Shown here: positions 12,041-27,055 of the stretch, in pieces
Numbering within the stretch: the first letter of the stretch is position 1
How the letters are laid out: every line of letters starts with the position of its first letter
Assembly (NCBI GenBank): GCA_951406725.2
Contig: OX597816.1
Span: forward strand, 106,082,001 to 106,146,000
Source: Octopus vulgaris
Taxonomy: Eukaryota
Direction: 5' to 3'
DNA: 64,000 nucleotides
Translations under genes and position numbers: made by a program
The notes under the pieces: generated by a model
The model's input: the letters and a program-made list of their open reading frames with translations, nothing else
The model's database searches: none
What the model was told of the DNA's origin: nothing

Positions 12041-13220
12041 TTAAGTTACTCAAGGACCAAGATAGTGATACCAAACTAGACAGCAGATTAAAAGTCAAAT
12101 TACCAGTGGATATTGCAGAGTGTCCATCTGTTAAATATGATTCATAATCAACCCACCTCTGAGATAAACGATACTTGATTAAGGTGCAATGCAGTGGATT
12201 TAAACTTGGAACCACACATTTGAAAAATGAAGCTTCAAACTACACAGCCAGGAATATTTTATGAAATAAAACAAAAAAAATTATCTCCAAATAAATCAAG
12301 TGTATTTTTTGACAAGAAACTTTTACATTTGGAATAATCTTTAATCTTTTACATGATTCTCTTATCTTTTATAGAATCTAGATTCATTAACAAGTATTTT
12401 ATTCTTAGTAAGTAACATTTTAAAAAATTTGTATCTTATTTCAACAAAGTGCTTATTCAAAGACAGATAAATCTTTACTTTTCCACTCTACCAAAAAACA
12501 AGAAACAACATTCACAACTGCATTGCAAAATCTTTATACAGGTAATAATAGTTTCCAAAAATATTGGAATAATAAATCCTTGTCTTGACCCAGACACAAT
12601 ATAAAAGCAGTTACTGACCAAGTTACCTGAATAATCATTAGAACACTAATAAATTTAAAACACCTTGTTTTCCAAGTTAATTTCACCCCCCTCTCTCTCT
12701 CTCTTTCTCTTTCTCTCTCTCTCTCTCTCTCTCAATATCTATTTATCTTCCTACATCTGTCTCTTTCTGTCCCACTATCTGTTTCTATCTCATATTTTCT
12801 CTTTATTAATTTCACCCTTATCTTCCCTTACATCCTCCTCTCTCACACACATTTCATTATCAAAATATCTCAAATTATTGTAATTTCTAAATTAGTAAAC
12901 TCATTTCTTTGAGCTCTCCAAGACAACAGAAAAAGTCAGACAAGAGATGCTTTACAAAAAAATTATATAAATGAAAATAAAGAATAAATAAATTTGCAAA
13001 AAAATTTCTTTTAAATAACGACTTATTTAAAAGAAATATAAATTATTTATTTTTGGTTACGTTAAACCATTTATGAATTTTTTATACTTAAACAAATACT
13101 GACATTAGATCCAAATCTTAAAATAAAACAAATTCTGATAATTCCAGATGGCATATTGACAGAATCAACAGCACTATGTATGCACATACACACATATATA
13201 TATATATGGTTTGTATTGAT

Positions 13221-13416
13221 ATCATCATCATCATCATCATCGTTTAACGTCCGTTCTCCATGCTAGCATGGGTTGGACGGTTCGACCGGGGATCTGGGAA
13301 GCCAGAAGGCTGCACCAGGCTCCAGTCTTATCTGGCAATGTTTCTACAGCTGGATGCCCTTCCTAACGCCAACCACTCCGTGAGTGTAGTGGGTGCTTTT
13401 TACGTGCCACCTGCAC
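13221..13416 (-). mobile_element. RTE-LINE 3'UTR copy (1 motif)
   Basis: (CAT)n tail, palindrome and GGATGCCCTTCCTAACGCCAACC; truncated at the start of the last module. Confidence 0.85.
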
Positions 13417-13448
13417 ATATATATATATATATACACACACACACATAC

Positions 13449-13484
<36 letters not shown>

Positions 13485-13824
13485 CAAATAATCATATATA
13501 TATTTGTATATTCCAAATAATTATAAAGAATACAGAGACTGGTACATCATCAAATTTCTCTTTTAATTTTATATTTTGTCATACAGCATAATTTGTTGGG
13601 TAAATTGACCTACACATGTTTTTGCTGCACATAGTATGTGCAGTTACACATGCAATGGCTCATAATTTTCTATAATTTTCTATGCACTTTCATTCAGGAT
13701 CCTTCAAAAAGCAATCATCAACGCTAATTACTACTTGATGTAGTAAATCAAAATCTGGAATATACCTGAGAGCTACTACAATAACCACCTGGATAATTTA
13801 TCCCTTTAAACTCACCCTGTATTA

Positions 13825-13865
<41 letters not shown>

Positions 13866-14464
13866 TAACTGAGTTAGAAGTTAAAATAACTGTCTAAGTA
13901 TCCATTATACTACTGGTATATTACCTATGTTTAACCATGGGCATACATATGCAAGCATATTATGCTCATGAATTATAGGTAAAGACAAGGATAAACATGA
14001 GTTTATCAAGAATCAAAATTTAAAGAAAACAGAAAATAGAGAAAATGGAGAAATTGATGGAAGTCAACTGTTGTCCATCAATATTTCACCATTTTCTCTT
14101 TTGTTTGTGTGTGTGTGTGTGTATATGTATCATCATCATAGATCTAATAAACTATACTAGAAACATCCCTTACATAATAGCAGAACTAAGAATGGAAACA
14201 TAATTGGGATTAGCCAATGCTACAGCATGAAAGCAGCCATCAGTAATTATTTCACAGCTACACAAAAATACCACAAACTTTTTAATAGGAGCGATAAGAT
14301 TAGATGTAGCTGTCTGTTTACCATTTCTTCTCAGACCTCAAATGACATTCTAAGACTTCCATAAAGTTAACCTCTCCGTTTCATCTCTAAAGCCAAGTTG
14401 CTACTGAGATTTGTCTATTTCAAGAGCCTAACTTTCTAAGTCGGTGACATAAAATAAATAAATA

Positions 14465-14805
14465 AAGACCCCATTTCAGTCACAAATGACCAAAGAATTG
14501 CACCTAGAAAGTTTCCCCATCCAAGGGACAAGTTTGAGCAAGGTTATTTGTGAAAGACCAGCAGTCACCTATGCATACCAGTTTTCCCTCTCCACACAAC
14601 TGATGCTGACCAAAGAAAAGGCAAAGGCCAATACGGCTTGATGCCAGTGACATTGCAATTCATTTCTGCAGCTGAGTGAACTGGAGCAACGTGAAATAAA
14701 GTGTCTCGTTGAAGAACACAACACACAGCCTGGTCCAGGAATCAAACTCACAATGTGATAATTGTAAGCTTGATACTCTAACCTCTGAGCTAGGTGCTTC
14801 CACAA
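14465..14805 (-). mobile_element. tRNA-derived SINE with CORE-like body (related copy at about 46030-46170, +)
   Basis: tRNA-like head TAGCTCAGAGGTTAGAG...GAGTTTGATTCC, followed by a GTGT(C/T)CTT...GCACTT core-like motif. Confidence 0.6.
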
Positions 14806-14919
14806 CTCAGTGATATACAGAGTGAATATATCACTTATTAATAGAATGGGACATAGAGATGATACCTTTAAAATAAAATATAACTAGCATGTATATAATT
14901 CAGGTCTACAGACGAAACT

Positions 14920-14970
<51 letters not shown>

Positions 14971-15086
14971 TCTCTCTGTGGAAATTATGGGGCAATAAAA
15001 TCAAAAACACTTCTGTAACCTGGGATAGCATGGACAAGAGACACTTGTACTTTACATTGTGTGTCTCCAGAAATTCTATATCTTAA

Positions 15087-15307
15087 CCCTTTCGTCACCA
15101 ACCTGGCTGAAACCAGCTCTGGCTCTGTAGTACAAATGTCTTGTTTTCATAAGTTTTTAATTAAAATCTTCCACCAAACCTTAGTCACAATTAATGCTCC
15201 TAACACTAGCTTAATGATAAATAAGTTATTTTACTAAATTCTTTGTTATATTTAAAATAATTGAGAGAAAAACAGAGCATCTCAAAATAAATACAGTAAT
15301 GAAAGGG
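15087..15307. mobile_element. piggyBac-type MITE, second family (related element at about 58590-58817)
   Basis: TTAA-CCCTTTCGTCAC...GTAATGAAAGGG-TTA termini. Confidence 0.75.
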
Positions 15308-16455
15308 TTACTCAGATTACCAAGAGTGCTGAGTGACATTTCATCATTTTTTGGCCACACATCAAAATTTAGCTGTAGTAACTCAAAGATGTGTTCACTA
15401 AAGCTGCTAGAAATAATAACTGAATCTCAAATCACACCATACTGTCTTACAACAAATTGGATAATGACTAGATTGTGGTATCATGCAGATTCTATCAGAT
15501 ACTAAGAAGAGCATCAAATGATATCATTTACAATATTGACTGTTATTTAGATGTGTACGTGTGTGTGTGTGCACGCGTGTGTGTGTGTGCATGCATGCCT
15601 GCATGTTAGTATGTATAACAAACTAACATGTTAGTATGTAAAACAACATGCCTCATCTATCTTCTGATGTGAGGTCATTAAGTAATTGTCTAATATCTAT
15701 ACTTTATTCTGTATTTATAACTTTTTTTAACTGTCAAGATTATCATTTCCCCTGAAAGTGAAGTAAAATAGCAGCTTTCAATATAACACACATCTAGAAA
15801 TCTTGATCACATGTGCAAATCTTTCCACATGCCAACATTATAATTTAATCAGAATTTTCATCTTTCTTAGGTAACACCTGACTTCAGTTCACATTCTCAG
15901 TTGAAAATTCAAATGCTGTTTGAGAAATGATATAAAAAAACACACACACATTTATTAAAATGCTTAATTGATGTATCCAGTAGTGAATTTTAAATTATCT
16001 CTATCATTCATATAACAAAGAAGAAACTTTTAATAGAAAAAAAAATCAATAAACACTTCCAATTTTTCTCTTTGAACTATCTTACATACCAACTATCAGC
16101 AACAGTTGTCACCATCTATATATTATTATATGTTCTTTTAGATCATAAACTTTCTCATATGTTTATCTTTGAAAGATTTTAATACATATGTTGAATTCAA
16201 ACTTTTTCTTCCCTAAGTCTTAAATAATGTATATTTTAAGAATACATTTTTTAATAATTATAACGTATTACACAATTAGTAGACGTCTGATTACTAAAGG
16301 TTTATAATCGGTCTGGCATTTTGATAGGTCTTAACATAACCATCTTTCAATCAACAGGCACTATTCACTATTACACTTCTTTTCATTATATTCTTCATTC
16401 CTATTGTGATTTAGATAAAAGCCAGCTCTGACCATAATGACCTCTCCAACATGGA

Positions 16456-16487
<32 letters not shown>

Positions 16488-17087
16488 GACAACAATCATG
16501 CAACAAAGATGACGCACTGTTGATGACACTGACATCAACGCCTGTACCAAAGACACTGACTGTGGTGGTGGTGACTGTGGTGACGGTTGTGATGGAGATG
16601 ACTGTGGCAGTGGCAGTGATAACAATGATGGTGTAACATACAGCAATGACAACAGCAACAACCACAGCAATGATGGTGATGACAATGACAATGAAAATGA
16701 TGATGGTGACATGGTTAAGAAGTTCCTTCTTCAAATCCAGCTGAAGTTATTTTTAAAATGCTTTGCCATAAGGCAATTAGATCCCATTGCATCTAACAGC
16801 AATAAAATATAGAAATATTAAAATTAGATATAATTACTGGGACATGATCCAAGAAAATTCCAAGTCCCACTCTTTAGTGGTCCAACAGTATTAATAAGAA
16901 ATATCCAATTTGAAAATATATTCTTCACTTATAGAATGGAGTAAAAATAGAAAAGCTAATTTTCATAAATCCCACATATGGCTGTTTGGTTAGGAAGTTT
17001 ACCTCCTAATCTTGTCATACAGGGTTCAATCCCATTGTGCAATATTTTTAGCAGTCTTCTACTACAGACTTAGTTTGATCAACACCT

Positions 17088-17316
17088 TCATCATCATCAT
17101 CATCATCATCATCGTTTAGCGTCCGTTTTCCATGCTAGCATGGGTTGGACGGTTCTACTGGGGTCTGTGAAGCCAGAAGGCTTCATCAGGCCCAGTCAAA
17201 TCTGGCAGTGTTTCTACGGCTGGATGCCCTTCCTAACGCCAACCACTCCGTGAGTGTAGTGGGTGCTTTTTACGTGCCACCTGCACAGGTGCCAGACAGA
17301 GCTGGCAAACGGCCAC
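17088..17316 (-). mobile_element. RTE-LINE 3'UTR copy
   Basis: Same tail, palindrome and module motifs as the 4557-5046 copy. Confidence 0.85.
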
Positions 17317-17389
17317 CTGAATGAAATTTGATAGACAGAAAATGTGCAGAAGCCCATCATGTGTGTGGGTGCGGGTGTATGCTTGTGTA

Positions 17390-17451
<62 letters not shown>

Positions 17452-17685
17452 CAGGCCTGGCCAAAAGTCACCTGACAGTAAATCAAAACCATTTAATTCC
17501 AAGATTTATTTTTGTTTAACAGCTAAATGAATTTAATAAAATCATCTAAATATAAAACATCATAAAAACTGTTCAAACTGAAATCTTTCTTGAGTGACAC
17601 CCTTTTTCCAAATGAATAAATAAAACTGAATATCAAGTATTTATAGAATTTTTATTTACTGTCAGTTGAGTTTTGGCCAACCCTA
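17452..17685. mobile_element. Tc1/mariner-type MITE
   Basis: TA-flanked TIRs CAGGCCTGGCCAAAAGTCACCTGACAGTAAAT / ATTTACTGTCAGTTGAGTTTTGGCCAACCCT. Confidence 0.8.
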
Positions 17686-17764
17686 TATATACATCCATGT
17701 AAGTATGTGTGTGTTTATATATGTACATCCATGTACATATACAAACACACACATATACATACAT

Positions 17765-17804
<40 letters not shown>

Positions 17805-19835
17805 ATGGGAAGCAAACCAGTATATCTGGACAGAAATACCTTTTGGTATTCATGCCCGACTGAGTTATCCTTATATCAATGTTACTTTTGTATTTCCTGT
17901 TTTGAAAGAATGATGAAATAAATATCAGACATATACTGGAAGTTATATAATCACAAAATTCCTTGAACACTGCCCTAGCTTCATTGTAAGTTTAATGTCT
18001 TAAACCAATAACAGAAAAATTTTAAAAAAAACATTTTTTATCATTTTTATAAGAATGATTCTAATATTCTTTCACACCTATCAGCATAATTCTTGTAAAA
18101 TTTTCTGCGACATGTTTTAAAATTTTTGTTGTCCTTTAATTGAAGGCAGAAAAATTGTGCCCACTATTTTCTCCAGGGTTTTCAAGACTAGAGAGAAGAA
18201 GGGATGAATATATTTCAGATCAAAGACCTAATTGAATGCTTACAACAGAGTGGTCTTTGTTAGAGGCATCCAAGGATCAAGAAGTGTTCTGGAGAAGAGC
18301 AAATGAGCAAAGTGGTTAGTGTAGAACCTTGAGAGTGGAGAGGAGGGTCACAACATGTGTGGCAAGAGGAAAAGCCAAGTGGGAAGGGAATGCCTGTTAA
18401 AGGTAGCATTCTCAAATCTGATACCTGTTTCCACCCAAAGAAAAAAATGGTTTTTTTATTGGTTTCCACACAGTTTCTATCTACTAAATTTCACTCACAA
18501 GGTTTTGATGAATCTAAGGCTATAGTAGAGGCTACTAACCCAAAATTTTGTAGAGTTACATTGAACCCAAAACCATATGGTTATGGAGTGAGTTTAATGA
18601 ACATAGCCATTCCTGCTCCAATTCACTAAGTGTTTCAAGACTTAATTTCATACAAATTTATTTTCAAAGATTTCACTCACTATAGAAAAATTACCTTATT
18701 TATTGGTTCCAAGCTGTATCGCTGAATTTGCTAAAGAATGAAAATTTTTCCACTCTATTTTATTTAGAAATCAATTTGCCTCAATTTACTCTGTACTTTA
18801 TTTTTATATTTTCATGTTAATTTTTCTTTCTCATTTGAAATCTTTATAAAACAGGTTTTGCTTCATCAGATTTGAGAATTATTCTAAATTAGAATACATT
18901 ATTAACTTAATATGCAATTTTGTATTCTCTATTTTTTCTTAAGCTAACAATGTTAATTTTCTCTGAAGCTAATAATGTTAAAGAAAATGTCTTGTTTATT
19001 TCATGTCTCAGAAATTATGCATGGTTAAAGTATATTTATTTTTTTATTGGAGATTCATCTCAAATTAGTCAAAATATATGTTGACAAAAACTGAATGTGT
19101 AAGCTTTCCTTCAGACTAGTGACAAGAACCAGCTTCAGAATATAATTGACATTTTCTCATGATATTTCTAAATCTTGACGCATAGATGTCAAGTCAATGA
19201 CAACCATTATTAACTCAGCAAGCATATCTTTGAAATATAAGTATTTATATCAGCAAGCTAACAGAAATGAAGTTCATCTATTTTCAGTCATAAAGAAACA
19301 AAATCAAATTACAGGCAAATCTTTAGAGTCTTCCTTCTTAAAATAAAAAAAAGCTATTTTTTGATGTTGTCACTGTAAAACCCCAGTTCAGGTGTAATTG
19401 AACAGATCTTTGGTGTACAGACAGCTAGCTGCACAATGAGCTATGACACATAAATCTATTGTAGATGTAATATCTTCACTTCTAGTTGAGGGCTATATAA
19501 CACACTTTGATATGCAGTGGAGAATAGTGTAGCATGATGGAATGGACATGATCTACTCTGTTACACAAACTATTACATAAAATCTACACATAAGTCTAGA
19601 CATAAGCATTGTAACATTATACTCAGGTATTTTACTGTGTTTCTGGGAAAAACTCTTTGCTTTTTATAGCCTTATTTCACTTATCAGAAACAGGTATCAG
19701 ATTTGAGAATGCTACCTTTAACAGGCATTCCCTTCCCACTTGGCTTTTCTTCTTGCCACACATGTTGTGACCCGCCTCTCCACTCTGAAAGTTCTACACT
19801 AACCCCTTTGCTCATTTGCTCTTCTCCAGAACACT

Positions 19836-20330
19836 GAGCATATCACCCAAACCTTGCTGAAACCAGATATCATCTTAGTTTGCAGGGCAACAAAGCAGCT
19901 AGTACGTTTGAAGTTAACTGTGCCCAGAGAGGAGAGGATGGAGAAAACTCAAGAAAAGAAGAGAACAAAGTACCATGAGTTGGTAAAGGACTACTGCAAG
20001 AATTGGTAGTGAGCAAGGTGTTTGCCAGTGGAAGTTGGCAATGAAGGGTTTGCTAGTTATGATCTGAGTAAGGCAAATAGAATGCTGGGTATTTCAGGAG
20101 CTTGCAGAAGAAGAGCCATCAAGACCAACACTGAGACAGCTAAAAAAGTGTTTAACTCGGTATGGCTGAAAAGAGGTGATCAGTGTAGGTCAGTAGAAAA
20201 TCACATGGACAGAGGCCTAAGCTAAATCAAAGTTGGGCCATCTGTATGAGGGTATATGTTGTATAACCTGAAATAACCTGTGGTTCCAGGATACAATGCT
20301 GATGGTGTGTTTAAGAATTGCATCTGTAGA
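19836..20330 (+). mobile_element. Hero-like non-LTR retrotransposon remnant (restriction-like endonuclease C-terminus and 3'UTR)
   Basis: Decayed frame KPDIIL...LTVPREERMEK...KRTKYHEL...LPVEVGNEGF...RRRAIK...WLKRG fits the RLE PD..E..K pattern. Confidence 0.8.
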
Positions 20331-23300
20331 TGTATGTTAAACCTTCTGACAACAATTAAATAGAATAATATATGAACAAGATTCCTATATGAGAAAGCAA
20401 ATTATTGCTGTCCCTACCACTAAAATAATAACTAATTTGGTTAAGGAGATAATATAGTCACTTGACCTGCAAGAAATAGTGGCCTCATAAATTTCTCTAA
20501 AAAGCACACAAGTAAGGGATATCAATTGTTTCAATCTACTAATCATAAAGATATTTACAAGTGATTATCATATTAAAGAATATATGATACAATAACCTAC
20601 TTCCATTGCAATAATCTACTGTCATTGCTGTTGTTTAGCTTTGGGTCAGCCCAAATGAGCATACCAGTGGAATTATAACTGCCTGGAGACATTATAATTT
20701 TGGTCCTCACCTTTAATGTGATACAAAGAAGTAAAGTTTTGCATCACTTTGAAATAATTGGATAATGGAAGCATCTCACTAAATCTCTTTACAAGACATA
20801 TCATCAAAATTGGTTTTTGATTCTTAATTAAGGTCTATTCCCACTTCACCTACTCTACAAATGACTCTGAGTTTTAAAAAGAAGCATGAAAATCACACAA
20901 TCTCACTTCTCTGTCTTTGCCTTTGAAAATGCGTTACTTTGCACCAAAATAAGAAATCAATAACTCCTTTGCATTTAAACATTCGATTAAGAATGAATGA
21001 CAGAAACTGGGTGAAGATAAGATGTCTTTTAAGATGGTTGATGACAACCAAAGCAAAAGAAAGTAAATCTGTTCTGCCAGAATCAAGCCTTATGAAAGAA
21101 TTTGTAAACTCTGATGTTAAGACACGACTAATTCATTTCAACTAATGAAGAACAACTGTTGCTGCTACTGCAGCTGCTGTTGCTATTACTACCGCTGCTG
21201 TTGTTGTTGCTGCTGCCATTATTACAATTGCTGCAGCTGTTGTTGTTGTTGTTGTTGCTACTTGCTGTTGTTGTTACAGCAGCTACTGAAACTGCTGCTC
21301 AAGTAGCCATCATTGGTGGTGGTGGTGTTAGTAGTGGTTGTGATCATGGTACTGGTAATAATAGCAGTCACAGTGTAAAATTCCTGATGACAGAGCTAAT
21401 TGCAGTAGTGGTGACAGTGATAATGATGACTGTTTTTATAGTGTTGCCCTCGGGGAAAGCCTAACTGAAAAGACCCATAGCTTGCCAAGATCCAGTGTGA
21501 TCCAGATATACCTGCCTTACCTCCATTTAACTGGAGACTATACAACACATTTTGATATGCAGATGGTCTCACAAAAAATTTTAAATATATATGCCTTTTA
21601 ATTATGTTTATACCAACATTACCACCAACAGCAACAACAGAGATGATGGTTATATTAGCATCAGCAACTATATCTGTTTAACTTGTGTGTTCTAAATCCA
21701 AATGACAGATTTAGCAAAAATGATACCAGATTCTTTGTCTAACTCTTCAGCATTCAGATTATTTTGTCCAATGAAATGCTTATTTATTCACATTGTTTTG
21801 AAGTAATCATGCATTATGTCGTATCTTCGAGATTTTGATGATATGATAGCTTATATTAAGACTAACATTGTCAGGAAAGTGTGTGAGGTTGGATCTGACC
21901 AGTTTGAACATACAACAGGTAGAATATTTGGGTCAGATATGGCCAGTTTAAGTGCTAAAGGGTTAAATCCTTCCTCTTCTGGCATGGGTTAGACAGTTCA
22001 AAAGGATCCAACAAGTAGGAGGACCACATTGTACTCCAATGTCTAAGTTTTGACATGGTTTCTAAAACTTTACAAAGTGTACTGGGTGCTTTTTTTTTAT
22101 GGCACCGCACTAGCAAAGTCACTATGCAACTTGCATGACTAAAGATCCTAGAAAGCTCTCATGACTGGAAGAAGAATGGAAAAGAGAGTAATGATATTAG
22201 GCCAGGTGATGAGAGAGGGTAAAGTGTGATGGAGGAACAGATTTTTGCTTGTGGGAAGATGGTAGTGAAGAGATTATTCTCAAGTATAAATAAATACACT
22301 TCAGACTGATCAATTCAATCTTGTTTTGGAAGTGACATGAGTATGTGACACTGACAAGTTTCAACAGCACTTCTAGGCCAATTTCATTTCACATAACTCT
22401 GAAGTATATTGTTTTTTTTAATATGTCTATAAAGGGATTTTCCCTGGACAAAAACCTCAGATTTTGACTTTACACCAATACACATAACACAAAGTATGTT
22501 ATACAGATAAAGAGTAGAGACTATTGAGGGCAGAAGTATGGAAGAAATAAAAGAAAGGTGAAGGGACTGTAGTAAGAAAGGACTATAGGTAAGAAAGAAA
22601 GGGGCAGAACAGTAATGGTGATGAGACATGTAAAGTTTGTGTAAAGAGGATCCAGTGCTATCCTGTGTTATGAGTAAACAATGGGTTCTTCAGGACCCAG
22701 CAAAATGGTGATAAACTTGGGAAGTCTTGAAACAAATGTCTAAGTATTTTGGTTGTTCACTCTCAATACCAGCATATAACCACCTGATTGGAGAGAATAC
22801 GAGAGTTATTTCAAGTCCTGTGTACTGAAAGAAGAAATGTTAGGAAGCCATCATGTTGTTGCTTAGCCTCAAGTCCACCCTGACTAAGTATAACTATCCC
22901 AACATTTTTTTTAAGTACAATGTGCTGTAAATAACACTATCTAATTTGCATTTATTAAGATGAAAAGACATAATTTGCTATTTTTAGGGTAACATTTTAT
23001 TTAGCCCAGGTCAGCCTTGGCCAACAGACTTATGATGGAAAGCATTCCATCTATGACTATCGTATCTTTTTTAGAGTGGAGCATGCAGGATTGTAAAGTG
23101 TGTGTGATTTGAGAAAGATATTGTTGCTTTTTATAGGAGGTTGTGGTGCCATTTGAGAGCTCCTTTTGGTGAGGCTGTTCATTGTTTGTGCTTTTCCTTT
23201 TCTCTTTGTTGATATGTTGGTTGTAATTTAGTTTGTGTCATGTGTGAGGGTTATTAGAGCAGTTATTATGGAAATTGTTGTGTAACCCCACCTCAAGTCA

Positions 23301-25271
23301 CTCCCACACAAGTAAAGCTAATTGTCTGAATAATCAGGGTTGAATTTCCCGTCTTTTGGCAGGCATCACGATTACAATTACAACCATCTTGTCTTTTTTC
23401 AGGCAACTTCAGAAAAGACTTCTACATTATAATACTGCCCTTATAAGATGACAGGAAGTAATTTGAGAGAGATCTGACTATTTCCAGCAGGTTGAGTAGC
23501 TACATAGTGGTACCTCTATGATTCATATAAACTCATGTAATTATGATTTTTGTGTTTGCTGCTGTTGCTGCTGCTGCTGCTGATGTTGTTGTTTGTTGTC
23601 ATTGTTGTTTAGTCTCAAGTCAACTCTGATCAAGGTATTCATTCTCTAAAAACAATGTGTCTAAGGCTACATTGCTAATGTACAAGTTCTTTGAGATTGT
23701 TGAATGTAAATTGAGATAGATTTGTTTACTATTTCTTGCAGTTTGTGGGATGACATAGAAGCCTTTCATTTAACCTGCTGCTGCAATATTAATGAGGAGT
23801 ATATAAAATCTGGACACATTTTATTTAAACTGAATGTCTAAACTGAATAATTATGCACATATTGATTATTATATCATACAGCAAAGATCATATGAAATCG
23901 AGAAAAAGATCTCTAACATATTGAAAATTGCATTTCTGGAGTCTCACCACTAACACTCCACAGATAATGCCACTTTCAATTTGATTGTTTACTTATCAAC
24001 CTGACAATCTTAGCTGACAATATTTTACTGGTTACCAGTAAAGTATCAATGAAGATATTTCTTGTATGTTATTCTGCTTTATCAAAGTACTTTTAGTGAT
24101 ATTTAAAAAGTAAATATAACAGACTTTGTATTGTCTGAGGAGCATACAGCAAAATTTTTAGACTTCGTAATTAGATTAGTGCCACAGTGAAGAATAGATA
24201 AGATGACTTCTTTTACAGATGACTAACCTTTGCAAAATCAGTTATTGGATTGTAGGTGATGTGTGAAACAATAAACTTAACATCTCAAGCAAGAAGAATG
24301 CTAGACTAATCGCTTAAGTATTGAACTAACCTACAAGCAATGTATTTAGTTATCAATGAAGTGAGAGTTTTGGTTTCAATATAATCTTTTCTTAATTGTT
24401 TGTAGCACATTTTAAAATTACAATGAAAATAAAGCAGAAATATCTTTTATATTGATTAACGATCAAAACAAAATTAAATGTGGTAAATATTATAATTAAC
24501 TTTAATCTTATAGTTAACTTGCTTTTGAACTTCAGTGTGACCTCTTAATTCCCTTGGGAAAATAATGTGTTGAAAATGGAATGGTCCTTTGTTCAATCCA
24601 CGATTTTATATTTATTTATTATTTATTTATTTATTCAAATTTGCTGCAACAATTTGTTAAGAGTTATAAGTTGGAATTAAGATATTAAACCTGTAAACTT
24701 CACAAGTTAGTAATTGAAAATACATTCAGATATAAAATGTATCTAAATATAACAAACCAACAAGGGAGGCCTCTATGAGATTGCTTAAACTACTTGAAAT
24801 AACAACCAAATTGATTCAAAACTATGTTCTATTATGTACAAAAAGGAACCTTGAATAATGGAGTCTGTGAGTACACTATTCCTGAAAATATAATGGAATA
24901 ATCATGGTTTGAATGCCTCCAATCATAAGTTTGCTTAATCATGGCTGACTTGGCACTAAACAACACTATCAAAATATAAATTACATGCTCTAGCTTTTAT
25001 ATTGCTGAATTACCCAAATATCACTTTAATTATTTATCATTGTTATTACAAACCAATGGCAAAGCCTCTACACAGGCATTTACCCTGCCAGAAATAACAG
25101 CAAAATTCACTCAAATCACTTTGTACTGTCTTAAAAAAGAAAGGCCACATTAAACAATATAGTCCTAGATAAACTAAAAGAAGGAAAGTTCGTGGCCAGA
25201 ATGCCATTGGTCAAAGATCATCTTATTGATGGTTGACTAGGGCTAAGCATCTACATTATTTTCATCATTGA

Positions 25272-25485
25272 AGGCGGCAAGCTGGCAAAATTGTAAGCAC
25301 ACCAGGCAAAATGCTTAGCAGTATTTCACCAGTCGCTGCTCTCTGAGTTCAAATTCCACCAAGGTCAACTTTGCCTTTTATCCTTTTGGGGTCAATAAAT
25401 TAAGAACCAGTTGTGTACTGGGGTCAATCTAATTGATTGGTCACCTCCCTCAAAATTACAAGCTTTGTGCCTATAGTAGAAAGGA
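25272..25485 (+). mobile_element. tRNA-derived SINE (copies at 27371-27585 +, 35690-35902 -, about 47815-48025 -, about 48590-48840 -)
   Basis: GGCGGCAAGCTGGCA A-box, GAGTTCAAATTCC B-box, and a body of the type GACTTTGCCTTTCATCCTTTCGGGGTCGATAAATTAAGTACCAG. Confidence 0.8.
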
Positions 25486-25607
25486 TCATTTTCGTCATTG
25501 TAAGAGGATCATCTACTTTTTGTCACACATTATTTCTTTCACATAAGTTATCCTGCTTTACCAAAATTACTGGCAAGGAGTTTTACAACCATATGGAGTT
25601 TTACCAA

Positions 25608-26235
25608 AGCTCTATACAGAGTACCCAGTGCAATCTATGGACACATTAGAGGTGCAGCAGTATCACTGGAAGACTCATAGAGAAAGTAGTCTTTACATAT
25701 GGAAGATGTGCAGGTGCATCAAACACCAGGAATTACAAGCATAGCTAGGTGGGAGGTAGAAGGGGCAGTCCACTCTGGACAGCACTTTTGGGTCTGCTGT
25801 AGGCAATATATGTTTTTCTGGGGTCCAGGGGCAGCAAATGGAAAGCAGCACACACTCTAGCTACACTAGTGCCACAAATGTACAAAAGATAGATTCCCTC
25901 AAATGTCAGGGTTTCCTTAGAAGTTGTAGTTTCCATTACTTAGGTAACCAAGTGAGCACTTGTAGAGGTTGTTCCAAAAGCATAGCTCCCCAAGAATAAG
26001 AATTGGTTGGGAAAAATTCAGAGAGCTACTACCTCTCTAAGTAATGAAAGGCCTCTTCCCCAGCAAAGAAGGTAGATTGTATGATGCCTGCTATGTTACA
26101 TGGCAGTGAAACATGGGCTGTGACTGCTGAGGACTTGTGAAAGCTTGAAAGAAATAAAACCAGCATGCTCCACAGGATGGGTAATGTCAGTGTGTATATA
26201 CAACAGAGTGTAAGTGATTTGAAAGAAAAAGTGTG
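25608..26235 (+). mobile_element. Old decayed fragment of the PHD-bearing RTE LINE
   Basis: Translates SSIQSTQCNLWTH*RCSSITGRLIEKVVFTYGRCAG...LEVV.FHYLG...IGWEKFRELLPL...MLHGSETWAVTAEDL, colinear with ORF 55006-57963. Confidence 0.85.
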
Positions 26236-26789
26236 TGTGTGTACACAAATAAGCTTCCATACAGTTTCTAGGGCTATAGTATGCAACACAATGGGGCTAA
26301 ATCCAAAACTGCACAGTTACACAGCAAACTTCATAACTACACGGACATGCCTGCACCTTTACACACATACATATGTACATACTCTTATTCTGATCTCTCA
26401 ACTACTTATTCTAGTAAACTAGTGACAGAATATGTTCTTGAATCTATCCTATAGCTATCATAGTCTATTGAAGAAAATACATTAAAGGCATCATTAAATG
26501 CATTACCAAACAATATTATTATTATACAACATAAAATACCGATTTTCTGTTTGTTTAACAATATTCTTTAGAGATCACATTTTATTGCTCTAGTCTTATT
26601 TTTTCCATTCAGTTTTGTATTTTTTGGTATCATACTACACATTTTTTCTGACTCTAAGCTGGACAACTTCCTTTTTCTCTTTACATAAAACAGTATTTGC
26701 ATCATACCTTCCTTCTCTGAACAATTTTAATTCTACTTCACTAACACTTAGATTTTGCAATATAAAAAGTCATTTATATTTTACCTTTG

Positions 26790-27055
26790 ACAATGAGAAA
26801 GCTCTTGGTGTGATAACTGATAGTAACTTGGGTTTGTAACAATTGAGAAAAAATGTAACAGCTTCTTCAAAGAAAAAAATTCTTTATAGTTATCAACAAA
26901 ATAAATGTACAATACATTTTAAGAATACAATGAAGCCACACCTGAAATACAGTAACACTATTTGGATACCATACTTCAAGAAATACCAGATTTTTATGAA
27001 AACTGTATAAAAGAAAGCTATCAAATGTATTGCAACACTAAGAAGTCTTGCTGAC
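26790..27055 (+). mobile_element. CR1-clade LINE RT C-terminal remnant
   Basis: EKALGVITDSNL...MKPHLKYSNTIWIPYFKK resembles the CR1 EKDLGV...RPHLEY..VWSPY motifs. Confidence 0.7.

Noticed and set aside
21159-21464. Poly-Leu 'signal peptide' ORF (and 16401-16734)
   Set aside because: Degenerate (TGY)n/(GAT)n trinucleotide tracts with no splice or homology support.
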